From NCBI GenBank assembly GCA_039028615.1, contig JBCCHT010000011.1, positions 32,001-96,000 of the forward strand: a DNA stretch of 64,000 bases, given 5' to 3'. Under the pieces are notes generated by a model, which saw only the letters and a list, made by a program, of their open reading frames with translations, did not search any database and was not told the DNA's origin. The stretch comes from Myxococcota bacterium (GTDB lineage: Bacteria > Myxococcota_A > Polyangia > Nannocystales > Nannocystaceae). Below are positions 9,456-19,085 of this stretch, in pieces. Within the stretch, counting starts at the first letter, position 1. Each line of letters starts with the position of its first letter. The translations under genes and the position numbers were made by a program.

Positions 9456-10514
9456 GTGTTGCGACCGTTCCTGCCCGGTGTTCTCGGCCTGACCTTGGCC
9501 TTCGGCTGCGCGTCCATCGAGCGGCATCTGTCTCGAGACGAGTACGGCCAGGCGTGCCTGTCGATGGCCGAGCAATACGAGGACGACGAGTACGTCAGCG
9601 TGAAGCAGGCCATCGGCTCCCAGCTCGACGTGCGCTGGACGATGCAGGCGGTGCCTCCGAACGAAGCCACGGAAGAGTACCGAATGCCGGTCGTCAACGG
9701 CCCGCACGGCGTGCTCGCGCGGGTGCGAGTCGAAGTCCGGGCCCTCCCCGCGGGCGCCCGTGGGCTGACCGTGCATACCCCCACGCTGGCGAGCAAGGGC
9801 GAGCTTCAGCCCGACCCCGGATGGCTCGATCACCCACTTCGCGACGCCTTCTTCCCCGCGCCCGCCGAGCTGGTGATGGTGGACGTCCCGCCACCCTACG
9901 AACGCAAGGCCTTCGACCCCGGCGAGCCCGCGCCTCGTCTGAAGTACGTGAAAGGTTCGAGCCGCGAGCCCGCCCCCAACCGGGCCCTCCGCGATGCGGT
10001 CAGGCTGATGACGCTGGGCCTGGTCAAGCAGCCGCGGTCCGGGCCGCGCCTCACCGACGCCTCGCGACGCGAGCTGCAGCGCTGGCAAAAACGCCACGAC
10101 GCCGAGTTCCAAGCGTGGCGGACCCGGGAGGACGAGGCGGCGAGGCAGTCGCACATCGCTCGTGAGACCGCAATGCAGCGCAACGAGTGGGTGACGGGGC
10201 ATCTGTACCAATGGGAGCAAGACCGCAATCGAGTGTGGAAGCAGCTGCTGACCTGGCCCTGCGCCATGAACCAGCTGGAGGTCGGTGGACACTGCGAGGG
10301 GGTCGTGCTGATGCCCGCCGCGGCGGCGCCCCTGAAGCTGCGCTTCATGTCGACCATGGCCTTCGCCGTCGAAGAGGACGGCTGCGATCTCACCGTCTCG
10401 GGCGATAGCCCCGAAGTGGACACGCTCGAGGCCGTGCTGGCTCCCTTCGACGGCTCGGCCTCGCAGACGGACGTCGCCCCGCTGGACTACGTGGGCAGCT
10501 ATCCGTGGATCTAG
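9456..10514 (+). CDS. Hypothetical lipoprotein
   Basis: Signal/lipobox LTLAFGC; GC3-biased ORF. Confidence 0.65.
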   Translation: MLRPFLPGVLGLTLAFGCASIERHLSRDEYGQACLSMAEQYEDDEYVSVKQAIGSQLDVRWTMQAVPPNEATEEYRMPVVNGPHGVLARVRVEVRALPAGARGLTVHTPTLASKGELQPDPGWLDHPLRDAFFPAPAELVMVDVPPPYERKAFDPGEPAPRLKYVKGSSREPAPNRALRDAVRLMTLGLVKQPRSGPRLTDASRRELQRWQKRHDAEFQAWRTREDEAARQSHIARETAMQRNEWVTGHLYQWEQDRNRVWKQLLTWPCAMNQLEVGGHCEGVVLMPAAAAPLKLRFMSTMAFAVEEDGCDLTVSGDSPEVDTLEAVLAPFDGSASQTDVAPLDYVGSYPWI

Positions 10515-11149
10515 GCGCCAGGCGGTGACTCGGCGGCCGCGTCCGCGGGGGGCTCGCTCTCCGGTTCGACGGGCTCGGGTGCCTCGGGCTCGGGCTCGTC
10601 GGGCAAGTGCACCACCACGACGTCGAGCCCCGCGGTGTCGACGGGAAAGGGCTGCTCCATCGAGAAGAACGAGCCCTTCACCACGAACTCGGTCTCCACG
10701 GTGGCGAGCTGCGGCTGCAACCACTCGAGCCGCAGCTCCATCGGCACCACGACCCGCGGCGACGGCTTCTCGGGCGTCGGGATCGACATCGAGAGCCCAA
10801 AGTGACGCTCACCACCCGGCCGCAACGCAACGTTGCGATGGCCGGATTCCTTCATCTCGCTGCCCTGCAGCGACCACAGCGACGCCCGCACCACGCTCGG
10901 AATGTCCTCCCCCTCGGCGCTCATCCGCACCGTAGCCTCTACATGCGCGGTGACCTCGTAGGCCGCGTTCAGAGGGACATCCACCGTGAAGCGTCCGGAG
11001 GCGGCCGGGCGTTCGGCCGTGACCGACAGCGACCGCGGCTCCTCCGTGTTCGGGGACTCGAAGCCAGACCCCTTCGGGCGGCTCGTCGCGACCGAGGCCG
11101 CGCCCGCGAGAAACACGGCCACCATGGTGGGCCAACGCCGGTTGGCCAT
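10511..11149 (-). CDS. Hypothetical exported protein
   Basis: MANRRWPTMVAVFLAGAASVATS signal-like start; TAATG overlap with the upstream gene. Confidence 0.6.
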   Translation of the reverse strand: MANRRWPTMVAVFLAGAASVATSRPKGSGFESPNTEEPRSLSVTAERPAASGRFTVDVPLNAAYEVTAHVEATVRMSAEGEDIPSVVRASLWSLQGSEMKESGHRNVALRPGGERHFGLSMSIPTPEKPSPRVVVPMELRLEWLQPQLATVETEFVVKGSFFSMEQPFPVDTAGLDVVVVHLPDEPEPEAPEPVEPESEPPADAAAESPPGA

Positions 11150-12246
11150 TACTCGGTTTCGACCCATTGCAGTTCCTCTCCGACCATGAAGGCCTCGCTC
11201 TCGGAGATCTCTCCGTAGGTGATGGAGAGCGACAATTGGATGCCAGCATCGAGGCGACCGACGGTGCCGTGGTGCCATTCGTTCTCGATCACTAGCTCGC
11301 CTTCGCAGCGCGTGGTGGTGCAGTGGTCGTTCGACAGATCGAACGAAAAACTGGAACTCCACTCCGGGCGGCTGGCATCGATGACCACGTCCTCCCAGGG
11401 GCTGGGCTCCCCCGGGCCTTCCCAGCGCACACGACTCGAGACGATGCTCGGGCCCTCGCTCGATGCCCCTTCGGCCAGGGTCAGGTCCAGGTAGACGTGG
11501 AGCTCCAGCGTCGCGTCCGGGAGCTGTCGCCGCCGCACGTCGAAGCGCTTGCGCAGGCTCTCGTCGGTCAGATCGATGTGAAGCCGGGAGGAGGTCACCG
11601 TGCCCATCTCGACCGACGTGAACTTGCTCTTCCATTCGTCCGCATTCCCACCGCATCCCGAGGCGAACACGGCCACGGCGGCCAAGGCGAGGCTCCCCGA
11701 TCTCTGACGCCGGTCGCCCTTGGGCGAGGCGAGCAACCACGGGACGAGCAGAGCGGGGAGCGCGAGAAGATCGGTCGAGTCCATGGTGTGAGCAACCGGC
11801 TGGGGGAAGCGCGCTCCGTCGAGCAGCGCGAGCACGGGCCACTGCAACCAGCCGAGCCCGTGGCGGTACATCTCGGCCGCCTCGGGCAGCACTTGGATGG
11901 CGCCAAAGACCAGACCCGTGAGACCCACGCAGCCGAGCCGCGCGGCGGAGCTGCGGGCGAACCGGGTCGCGCCGAGAAGCTGGAGCATGGCCAGCAGCAG
12001 TAAGGGGAAGAACACCAGCCCGGCGACGTCGGAGAGCTTGCCCGTCACGACGCCCGGCCAAGCTTCCTTGAGCCAATGGTCATTGATCGCCAGGACCGCA
12101 ACGGCCGCCAGCGCCACCGGGTGCAGCAACGGGACCGGCGGGGCGGATGGCGTCGTCTCGGGTTCGTCGTCGTTCACGCGGCCTCGGCCGCTCGCGTCCG
12201 AGCAGCGGCGACCGAACGCACCCCGCGGCGACGGCATTACAGTCAT
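11149..12246 (-). CDS. Membrane protein (NDHxLK...GKLSD domain) with soluble C-terminal domain; true start may be a GTG ~70 nt inside
   Basis: LHPVALAAVAVLAINDHWLKEAWPGVVTGKLSDVAGL and several TM helices. Confidence 0.7.
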   Translation of the reverse strand: MTVMPSPRGAFGRRCSDASGRGRVNDDEPETTPSAPPVPLLHPVALAAVAVLAINDHWLKEAWPGVVTGKLSDVAGLVFFPLLLLAMLQLLGATRFARSSAARLGCVGLTGLVFGAIQVLPEAAEMYRHGLGWLQWPVLALLDGARFPQPVAHTMDSTDLLALPALLVPWLLASPKGDRRQRSGSLALAAVAVFASGCGGNADEWKSKFTSVEMGTVTSSRLHIDLTDESLRKRFDVRRRQLPDATLELHVYLDLTLAEGASSEGPSIVSSRVRWEGPGEPSPWEDVVIDASRPEWSSSFSFDLSNDHCTTTRCEGELVIENEWHHGTVGRLDAGIQLSLSITYGEISESEAFMVGEELQWVETE

Positions 12247-12785
12247 TGTCGCGACGACTCACCGACCGTGACTGCATCCAGGATCTGGGCCGCCGTCGCC
12301 TCTTGCAGATCGTTGTGCGCCACGCCCACGGTCACGAACCGCCCCTCCCACTCGAACTCGAGCTGACGATGCATCGCGCCGGACGGCCATTCGTCGAACC
12401 GGTAGGTCAAATCTCGCGCCTCCACGCCCGCGGGCGCGATCACGACGGTGCGGTCCGCGAGCACCTCGGCGTCATCGAAGTTCTCGCGCTCGGGGGCGAT
12501 GGTGACCGCGACCCCGACCCCGAGCTCCCCGGGGAGCTCCATCTCTTGTTGGGCCATCCACACCGTCCCCACCGCGGAGGCGGGGGGTAGCTCGGTGCTG
12601 CGCTCGGCCGTGATTCCCCAGGACACGGGCAGCATGACCGTCAGCTCGATCGTCTCGTGCACGAAGGCCGGCGCCATGTCCTCGACGGGTGCCGCGACGG
12701 GGCCGCTCGCTCGGGTGCCCGCGCACGCCAGGGGCATCGCCGCGAGCAACGAAAGGACGACCAAAGACGTGATTCGCGAGACCAT
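12243..12785 (-). CDS. Hypothetical lipoprotein
   Basis: MVSRITSLVVLSLLAAMPLAC lipobox. Confidence 0.6.
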   Translation of the reverse strand: MVSRITSLVVLSLLAAMPLACAGTRASGPVAAPVEDMAPAFVHETIELTVMLPVSWGITAERSTELPPASAVGTVWMAQQEMELPGELGVGVAVTIAPERENFDDAEVLADRTVVIAPAGVEARDLTYRFDEWPSGAMHRQLEFEWEGRFVTVGVAHNDLQEATAAQILDAVTVGESSRQ

Positions 12786-12838
12786 GAGCGCTCCTGAACG
12801 TGCGTGAACCGAGGATGATTCCCAACCCCGCGACGCCG

Positions 12839-13318
12839 TCAGTCTCCCCCGCGGCGCACGATGTTGTAGACCGCTTGCCCCGTCGCCACCGGGTCGTCGA
12901 CCTCCCCTTCGGCGGGCATGGCTCCCGCGTACACGGACATCCGGGCCACGCCCACGCGGTTGCCCATGCGCACGACCTCGCCGCGACACCACAGGTCCTC
13001 GGGCGGCCCGGGGCGCAGATAGTCGACGCGCAGGTCCACCGTGCTCAGCCGGTCTTGCTCGCGCCCGAGCGAGGCGAAGCACGCGGCACCGCCCGCCGTG
13101 TCGACCAGGGTCGACAGCACACCCCCGTGCACGGCCGGCCGAAAGATGTCGCCCACCAGCTCGTCGCGCCAGGGCACGTGGATGATGCACAGGCCGCGCT
13201 CGACCCGGTCCATACGCATGCCGAGGTACCGATTGAACGGGATCCCGTTCTCGAACCACTCCCGCAGGCGACGGGTGCGATCGGGATCGAGCGGAGGAAG
13301 CTTGGACATCGGCGGCAT
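12839..13318 (-). CDS. PaaI/hotdog-fold thioesterase
   Basis: IPFNRYLG, HGGVLSTLVDTAGG, TVDLRVDYLRP. Confidence 0.9.
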   Translation of the reverse strand: MPPMSKLPPLDPDRTRRLREWFENGIPFNRYLGMRMDRVERGLCIIHVPWRDELVGDIFRPAVHGGVLSTLVDTAGGAACFASLGREQDRLSTVDLRVDYLRPGPPEDLWCRGEVVRMGNRVGVARMSVYAGAMPAEGEVDDPVATGQAVYNIVRRGGD

Positions 13319-13339
13319 CGTAGCAGCCCCCGGCCAGCG

Positions 13340-15082
13340 CTACTTCGCGGGAGCAAAGCGCATCAAACCGCCCACGGGACGCGTGTCGACGGACAGCGAG
13401 TGCAGCAGCGCCAGCTGGGTCACGTACAGCGAGAGGTCTGGGCCCACCGTCACCGTGGACGTGCTGTCGTCGGTGATCGGGGCGCTGAAGACGAGCTCAC
13501 CCGTCTGGCGATCGACCACCGCGACCTCGCTGTCGGCAGTGCTGGGCAGCACGACCCCCAGCACCTCTTCCTTCGAGGGCGTCATGACGGTGGTGGTGCC
13601 CACGACGGAGTCCGTGGTCAGGGTGAGCACGCTGCTCCACTGGCGATCGCCCGGCAGCAAGACCTCGAGATCGGGCGCGCCCGCGCCCTGGTAGCGCACG
13701 AGGTCGGGCGTGGTGGTGTCGAAGAGCGCGGCCAGCTGCACCTCGAAGTGCCAGCTCTGGCCGTCCTCGTAGATCGGCGTGGCTCCCAGCGCGGGACCGC
13801 TCAGCAAGGGCAAGGCATAGGCCTCGGCACACATGAAGGGCGCCTCGTTGGCGTCGGTATTGGCGTCGCACGCCACGGTATCGATGACGCGGCTGTTGGC
13901 ATCGACGCTCGTCGGGTCGATGAACCCGGCCGTGCTGTTGCCATCACTGACCTTGAGCCAGCGACCATCGGCGCTGAGCGACGGGCTCGAGGCACTGCTG
14001 GCACTGAGCTCGGTCCACCAGCCCGGGTTGAGCTCGACCACGCCGTCTTCGATGCCGATCTGCACCTCCACCTTCATCAGCGCGCCGTGCTGCTCGTCGG
14101 GGCCGCCGCCCACCACGTAGATCGTGCCGTCGGGGGCGATGGCGATGGTGTTGTCGCTGAAGTTGCCGCTCGCGCCCGCGAACTTGGCCAGGCCGCCGCC
14201 CGAGTCGGGGCCAAACAGCGCAAGGAAATCGTCTTGCACCACCTGGGGCAGCGACGCGACGAGGTCGATGCCCAGGCTGCTGGCCGCGACGAAGCCGTAG
14301 GCGGCGGGAAGATCGAGCTGAGCGAGCACCGCTCCGTCCGCCCGATCGATGATGAGCACCAGGCCCGCGTCGGTCACCGTGGCCACGTGCCCCTCGGGGG
14401 TGAAGTGCACCCCGGTCGCGCTGGCCTCCTCGCCCTCCTCCACCAGGCTCGAGCTCGGCACCGCACGCTCCCAGCGACGCTGGCCATCGGGGCTCCACGA
14501 CACCACCAGGCCGCGGCCGGTCGTGTACAGGTTGCCGTCGAGATCGACCTCGATCGTCGAGGACCGGGCGTCGGCCAGCACATCGCACCACTGCTCGCTG
14601 CCATCGGACACCGCCAGCGCGAACACGGTGCAATCCCCTTCGGAGGGCGCGCTGGTCGTCACATAGGTCGTCTCGCCATCGGGGCTATAGGTATTGGGCT
14701 GTGCGATGCCCCGCCCCTGCAGCGCGTGCCAGGCCAGGGTCCAGTCGTCGGGCAGCTCGCAAGGCACGAGGTCGTTGTTCAGGGGGCCACTATGAACACC
14801 CGCGTAGGGTGAGCCCGGCGGATAGGGGAAGGGCCGCTCCACGAAACACGCGAAATCCGGGGGCTCGTCGCCCGCGGTGCCGCTCGAATCCACCGCGTCC
14901 CCGGTGGAGGTTTCGCCGATCCCGGTCGAGCCTGCGGAGGCCACCGCCGTCTCGCCGGCCGAAGAGTCGCCACAACCGCCGAGGATCACCGCCGCGAGGC
15001 CGGCGAGCACCCCTCCAATGCGCAAATTCAGGCCATGGAACACGACAAAGAGCCTACCAGACGGGTTGCGAAAAAGGCGCAC
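13340..15082 (-). CDS. Hypothetical lipoprotein with PQQ-like beta-propeller
   Basis: Lipobox ILGGC; repeated xDG.xxW / DRxTG blade-like motifs. Start uncertain. Confidence 0.7.
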   Translation of the reverse strand: MRLFRNPSGRLFVVFHGLNLRIGGVLAGLAAVILGGCGDSSAGETAVASAGSTGIGETSTGDAVDSSGTAGDEPPDFACFVERPFPYPPGSPYAGVHSGPLNNDLVPCELPDDWTLAWHALQGRGIAQPNTYSPDGETTYVTTSAPSEGDCTVFALAVSDGSEQWCDVLADARSSTIEVDLDGNLYTTGRGLVVSWSPDGQRRWERAVPSSSLVEEGEEASATGVHFTPEGHVATVTDAGLVLIIDRADGAVLAQLDLPAAYGFVAASSLGIDLVASLPQVVQDDFLALFGPDSGGGLAKFAGASGNFSDNTIAIAPDGTIYVVGGGPDEQHGALMKVEVQIGIEDGVVELNPGWWTELSASSASSPSLSADGRWLKVSDGNSTAGFIDPTSVDANSRVIDTVACDANTDANEAPFMCAEAYALPLLSGPALGATPIYEDGQSWHFEVQLAALFDTTTPDLVRYQGAGAPDLEVLLPGDRQWSSVLTLTTDSVVGTTTVMTPSKEEVLGVVLPSTADSEVAVVDRQTGELVFSAPITDDSTSTVTVGPDLSLYVTQLALLHSLSVDTRPVGGLMRFAPAK

Positions 15083-15208
15083 GTTCGCGGTGAGGCGGGC
15101 TCCGTGGGAACCTGGGCTCCGCGTCGTCCGTGATCTGCTTTCGTGCTGGCAAGGTCCATCTCCGTTGCTCTCGATGCACCCGCGCTACACTCGGACCGCG
15201 TTCGCCTC

Positions 15209-15595
15209 ATGAGCGAGTCGCTTCCCGATGCTCCCCCTTTCATCTCGAGGTACCGCTGGCGCTCGCGCCTCGGTACCGCGCTGACGATCGCGATCCTCAG
15301 CACGACCTCGGGCATCGTCTGGTACGGGTTCATTCGCGCCCCGAGCCCGCGCAGCACCTGCGACCACGTGTCCGACCTGCGCCGCAGCTTCCCGCAGGAC
15401 TCGCACCGCCTCGACGAAGCGATCACGCCGCTGGCCGCCGACAACGGCCCCAGCATGGCCAGCACCTCCAGCGATCAGCGCTGCACCTGGTACTTCACCA
15501 CGCAGCAAAAAGAGCTGAGCTACATGGCCTACGGCACGCTCACCCGCTGCGTGACCGGGGCCGAGACCCCGACCGAGCTGCTGACCTGCCTGTAG
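15209..15595 (+). CDS. Hypothetical membrane-anchored Cys-containing protein
   Basis: One TM helix then four Cys (TCDHV ... RC ... RCV ... TCL). Confidence 0.6.
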   Translation: MSESLPDAPPFISRYRWRSRLGTALTIAILSTTSGIVWYGFIRAPSPRSTCDHVSDLRRSFPQDSHRLDEAITPLAADNGPSMASTSSDQRCTWYFTTQQKELSYMAYGTLTRCVTGAETPTELLTCL

Positions 15596-15604
15596 CGCCC
15601 CGCC

Positions 15605-16279
15605 CTACTCGGCCGTCCCGAAGAGTCGGTCGAAGATCGGGGTGAGCGAGGCGTAGTTGCCCCCCTTCATGCTGGTGTGGTGCACGTCGTGCTTACGCGC
15701 CAAGAAGCTCACCGCACGGAAGGGGAAGAAGGGCAGGTCGAGGCCGCTGTGCACCAGGATGTTGAGAGCCGAGTGCACGCCCAAGACCGCGACGAAGGTC
15801 ACCGGGTGCAGCGGGCCGATGGCCGCGATGCAGCTGAACAACAAGGCCAGCCCCAAGAAGTTCTCCAGCGGGTGCAGGTACAGGCTGTCGACCGCGTGGG
15901 GGTGACGGACGTGGTGGTGCACCACGTGGACCTTTCGCAGCAGCGTCCACTCGTGGAACGCGAAGCGGTGCAGCAGGTAGTAGAAGAAGTCGTAGACCCC
16001 CAGCACCAGCAGGCCCTGCACCAGCCGCCATGGCCACGAATGCGCGGCATTGCTGATGAGCCAGCCCTGCGCCCCGTAGGTGAAGGCGAAGACGAGCCCG
16101 CCCGAGAACACCATGTTGCCCAGCACGCGGCGATACAGCCGGGCCCCGCGGAGCTTGCGATTGGGCTCGGGATGGATCCGCGCCGCCGCCAGGGCATCCC
16201 AGTGGTAGGCGAGCTTGGTCACGGCCATGAGCACGCCCGAGAGCAAGAGCACCACGATCAACATCCAGTGAAGAGGCAT
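15605..16279 (-). CDS. Sterol desaturase / fatty acid hydroxylase family protein
   Basis: His boxes HRFAFH, HVVHH, HPLE, HDVHH; GNYA...FDRLFGT. Confidence 0.88.
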   Translation of the reverse strand: MPLHWMLIVVLLLSGVLMAVTKLAYHWDALAAARIHPEPNRKLRGARLYRRVLGNMVFSGGLVFAFTYGAQGWLISNAAHSWPWRLVQGLLVLGVYDFFYYLLHRFAFHEWTLLRKVHVVHHHVRHPHAVDSLYLHPLENFLGLALLFSCIAAIGPLHPVTFVAVLGVHSALNILVHSGLDLPFFPFRAVSFLARKHDVHHTSMKGGNYASLTPIFDRLFGTAE

Positions 16280-16559
16280 GGCGAGTGCGGTGATTCGGAC
16301 CCTACCAGGGCTTGGCGGCCCGAAAACGGCTTTTGACGTGACGCGCACCACGGTGCTCGACCGGCGTCGTTGCGAAGGCCGGTGAAACACCGTAGGTGAC
16401 CGGCCACGCCCGAAGGCACCAAGCGTTCCGCGAGCATCGGCGAGCCCACCCCGCGCCGCTTCGATTTGCGCCCGTCCACCGCTCGCTTTTCGACCGATCC
16501 GAGCTGACGCACAAAGGCTCGAATGGCGAGGTCACGAGGGATCTGGTATCGCCTATTTC

Positions 16560-16979
16560 ATGCTGCGCATGGACATCGGGGCCCTCGATCAGTTTCTCGA
16601 TGAAGCGTTCCCGCAAGCACGAACTTCGGGCTTCGAGATCGACACCCTGGACGAAGAGCACATCGTCCTACGGCTCCCTGCCGGCAAACAGCACCTGCGT
16701 CCGGGCGGCACCGTCAACGGCCCCGTCATCATGATGCTGGCCGACCTGGCCACCTACCTGCTGGTCCTCGCTCACCTGGGCCCCGTGGCGCTCGCCGTGA
16801 CCACGAGCCTCAACATCAACTTCATGCGCAAGCCCAAGCCGGGCGAGCTGCTGGCCGAGGGGCGCCTGCTCAAGATGGGCAAGCGCATCGTGGTGGCCGA
16901 CGTCCGCATCAGCGGCGCGAGCACGAAGAAGATGTACGCCCAGGCCACCGTGACCTACTCGCTGCCGCCGGAGCGTTGA
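16560..16979 (+). CDS. PaaI family thioesterase
   Basis: LRPGGTVNGPVIMMLAD, AVTTSLNINFMRK. Confidence 0.9.
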   Translation: MLRMDIGALDQFLDEAFPQARTSGFEIDTLDEEHIVLRLPAGKQHLRPGGTVNGPVIMMLADLATYLLVLAHLGPVALAVTTSLNINFMRKPKPGELLAEGRLLKMGKRIVVADVRISGASTKKMYAQATVTYSLPPER

Positions 16980-17133
16980 GCCCCGGCGACCTCGGGCCCA
17001 CTCCTCGTGCCCACGACTCGCGCATGGTTCGGCGCAGCGGCACGCGCTGGTGCCCCGTGACGTGACGGCAAGAGTTCATCGTCCCGCGTCACGACCACGA
17101 ACGGCGGGCAACACGGCGTGCTAGCGTCGTTCG

Positions 17134-18135
17134 ATGCCCACTTGGTTCGAGCAGCTGTTCGGCTTCGAAGAACTCGACTACGAGGACACGGCTGCGCGAT
17201 TCGCCTGTCAGGGCTCCACGCTGACCTCGCGGGTCAATGGCCGTTCGTTCGAGGCGGGGAGCTTCGAGACCCCCTCGGTCGCCGAGCTGCGGGCTCGCGT
17301 CGCCACGCTCGGGACGGCGGGAGCCCGAGTCCGACACGTGGCGATCGGTGACGTGCTCGAGCTGCACGCACTCCCCGAAAACCGCCATGCGATGTTCCAG
17401 GTCGCCTCTCAGCTCAACTGTCTGGAGTTCGGGGGGCCGAACGAAATCCCCGAACACGGCGTCACGCAATACGCCTTCGATCCCACCCAGGGACCGGCCT
17501 GCTCCCTCGCCGCCGGGGCGGCGACCGTGGTCCGCAACTACTTCGTCCCCGTCGATGGCGTGCCCGGGCAGCGAAGCGACCGGCAGCTCGACAACTCCGC
17601 CGACCTGCAGCGCCGACTCGGCTCGACCGACGAGTTCATCACCGTTCACAACGGCTACACCTTCTCCGACGAGGCGCGCCTGGACGCGATGCCGGCCGCG
17701 ATCGCAGCCACCGGTCGCGAAGCGCTGATCGGGGCCATGCGCATCGGCCTGCAGAGCCGCTGCCAGGTCACCTTTGCCCGTCGCTTCGAGGAGCCCGAGT
17801 CGCCGACCTTCGTCTCCCAGGCGTTCTGCTCCGCGCTCTCGTGCGGCTACAACCGCCTACCCATCTCGATGTGGAAGCCGCTGGCCACCATCGTCCTCGA
17901 TGCCGCCTACGAAGCCACGCTGCTGGCCGCCCTGGCCGAGGTCGAATCTGGCATCGGCAGCGGCGTCGTGTGGCTCACCTTCCTGGGCGGAGGGGTCTTC
18001 GGCAACGACGACGCATGGATCGCCGCCGCCATCCGCCGCGCGATCCAGCGGGTGCCCGACCCTCGGCTCGACGTTCGCGTCGCCCACTACCGGTCGATCA
18101 ACGAGCCGCTGCGGGCGGCCGTCGACCAGGGCTGA
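17134..18135 (+). CDS. Conserved hypothetical protein, possible macrodomain/PARG-like fold
   Basis: FQVASQLNCLE, TQGPACS, AAYEATL, LTFLGGGVFGN. Confidence 0.7.
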   Translation: MPTWFEQLFGFEELDYEDTAARFACQGSTLTSRVNGRSFEAGSFETPSVAELRARVATLGTAGARVRHVAIGDVLELHALPENRHAMFQVASQLNCLEFGGPNEIPEHGVTQYAFDPTQGPACSLAAGAATVVRNYFVPVDGVPGQRSDRQLDNSADLQRRLGSTDEFITVHNGYTFSDEARLDAMPAAIAATGREALIGAMRIGLQSRCQVTFARRFEEPESPTFVSQAFCSALSCGYNRLPISMWKPLATIVLDAAYEATLLAALAEVESGIGSGVVWLTFLGGGVFGNDDAWIAAAIRRAIQRVPDPRLDVRVAHYRSINEPLRAAVDQG

Positions 18136-18146
18136 GCGGTGGTGGC

Positions 18147-18527
18147 TCAGGCGACCGGCTCGACCACCACCGCCGTGCCGTACACGAGGATCTCCGCCGC
18201 GCCCTGCATCACGGTGGAGGTCGTGAAGCGCACCGCCAGGATCGCGTTGGCCCCCAGCGCCAGCGCCTCGGCGCGCATGCGGTCGATGGACTGCTCGCGG
18301 CTCTGCGCCAGCATCTGCGTGTAGTCGCCGATCTCTCCGCCGACCAACGACTTGAGCCCGGCCAAGAAGTCCACGCCCACGTTTCGCGCTCGAACCGTAT
18401 TGCCGCGCACCAACCCGAGCGTCTTCACTACGCGGTAGCCGGGCAGGTCGTCGGTGGACGTCATGAGCATCCCCCCAGGGCCCCGGTTGTGCAGGTCGGC
18501 AGCAGAAGCAACGGCAGGCAGATTCAT
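18147..18527 (-). CDS. YbjQ (UPF0145) family protein
   Basis: GLVRGNTVR, LVGGEI..YT.ML..SRE, GANAILAVRF, YGTAV; ATGA overlap with the upstream gene (alternative start 18470). Confidence 0.9.
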   Translation of the reverse strand: MNLPAVASAADLHNRGPGGMLMTSTDDLPGYRVVKTLGLVRGNTVRARNVGVDFLAGLKSLVGGEIGDYTQMLAQSREQSIDRMRAEALALGANAILAVRFTTSTVMQGAAEILVYGTAVVVEPVA

Positions 18528-19009
18528 CGTTTGATGTCCTTGTACGGGTCGGCGGCGTGGGTCTTGATGCGCACGCGGATGAGCGAGTACAGCAGCACGA
18601 AAAAGCCCATGCCCATGATCGGCACCCCGGCCGCGGGCGCGGCGAAGCACAGCAGCGTGCCCAGCGTGGCCATGCCCAGGCCGGCCGCTCGTTCCATCTG
18701 AGCCCGCGGCGAGGTCTCGGCCCGCTGCACCTCATGGTCTCGTTCGACCCGCGTCAGCCACCCCTCGCCCACCTGGCCGTCACGACGCGCCCGGTCGATA
18801 CGGGCCTGCAGCTGGGGGTCTTGCTCGAGATACAGCGCGAGTTCCACGTTCTCCGCCTCCGTGGCCGTACCGTGGGTCTGAGCGGCGAGCAGCTCTTCGA
18901 TGCGCACCTGTTCGGCATCGCGCTGTGGGGCGGGGCTCACCGTGGGAAGACTAGCAGCCCCGCCATTCATTCCCGCCGCCCGTCGGTCGCCGATGGCGCT
19001 CGACGACAC
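18524..19009 (-). CDS. Hypothetical membrane protein
   Basis: Two C-terminal TM helices, ends DPYKDIKR; coupled to the YbjQ-family gene. Confidence 0.65.
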   Translation of the reverse strand: MSSSAIGDRRAAGMNGGAASLPTVSPAPQRDAEQVRIEELLAAQTHGTATEAENVELALYLEQDPQLQARIDRARRDGQVGEGWLTRVERDHEVQRAETSPRAQMERAAGLGMATLGTLLCFAAPAAGVPIMGMGFFVLLYSLIRVRIKTHAADPYKDIKR

Positions 19010-19085
19010 GAATGGGGCTCGCGGACCTCATGCGCTGGGCGTTGGCGAGCACGCGTCCGCGATCTACCCTCGACCGTAGCTGCCC

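Noticed and set aside
15605..16279. Sterol biosynthesis cluster
   Set aside because: No squalene epoxidase, oxidosqualene cyclase or CYP51-like neighbour; a single desaturase-family gene only.
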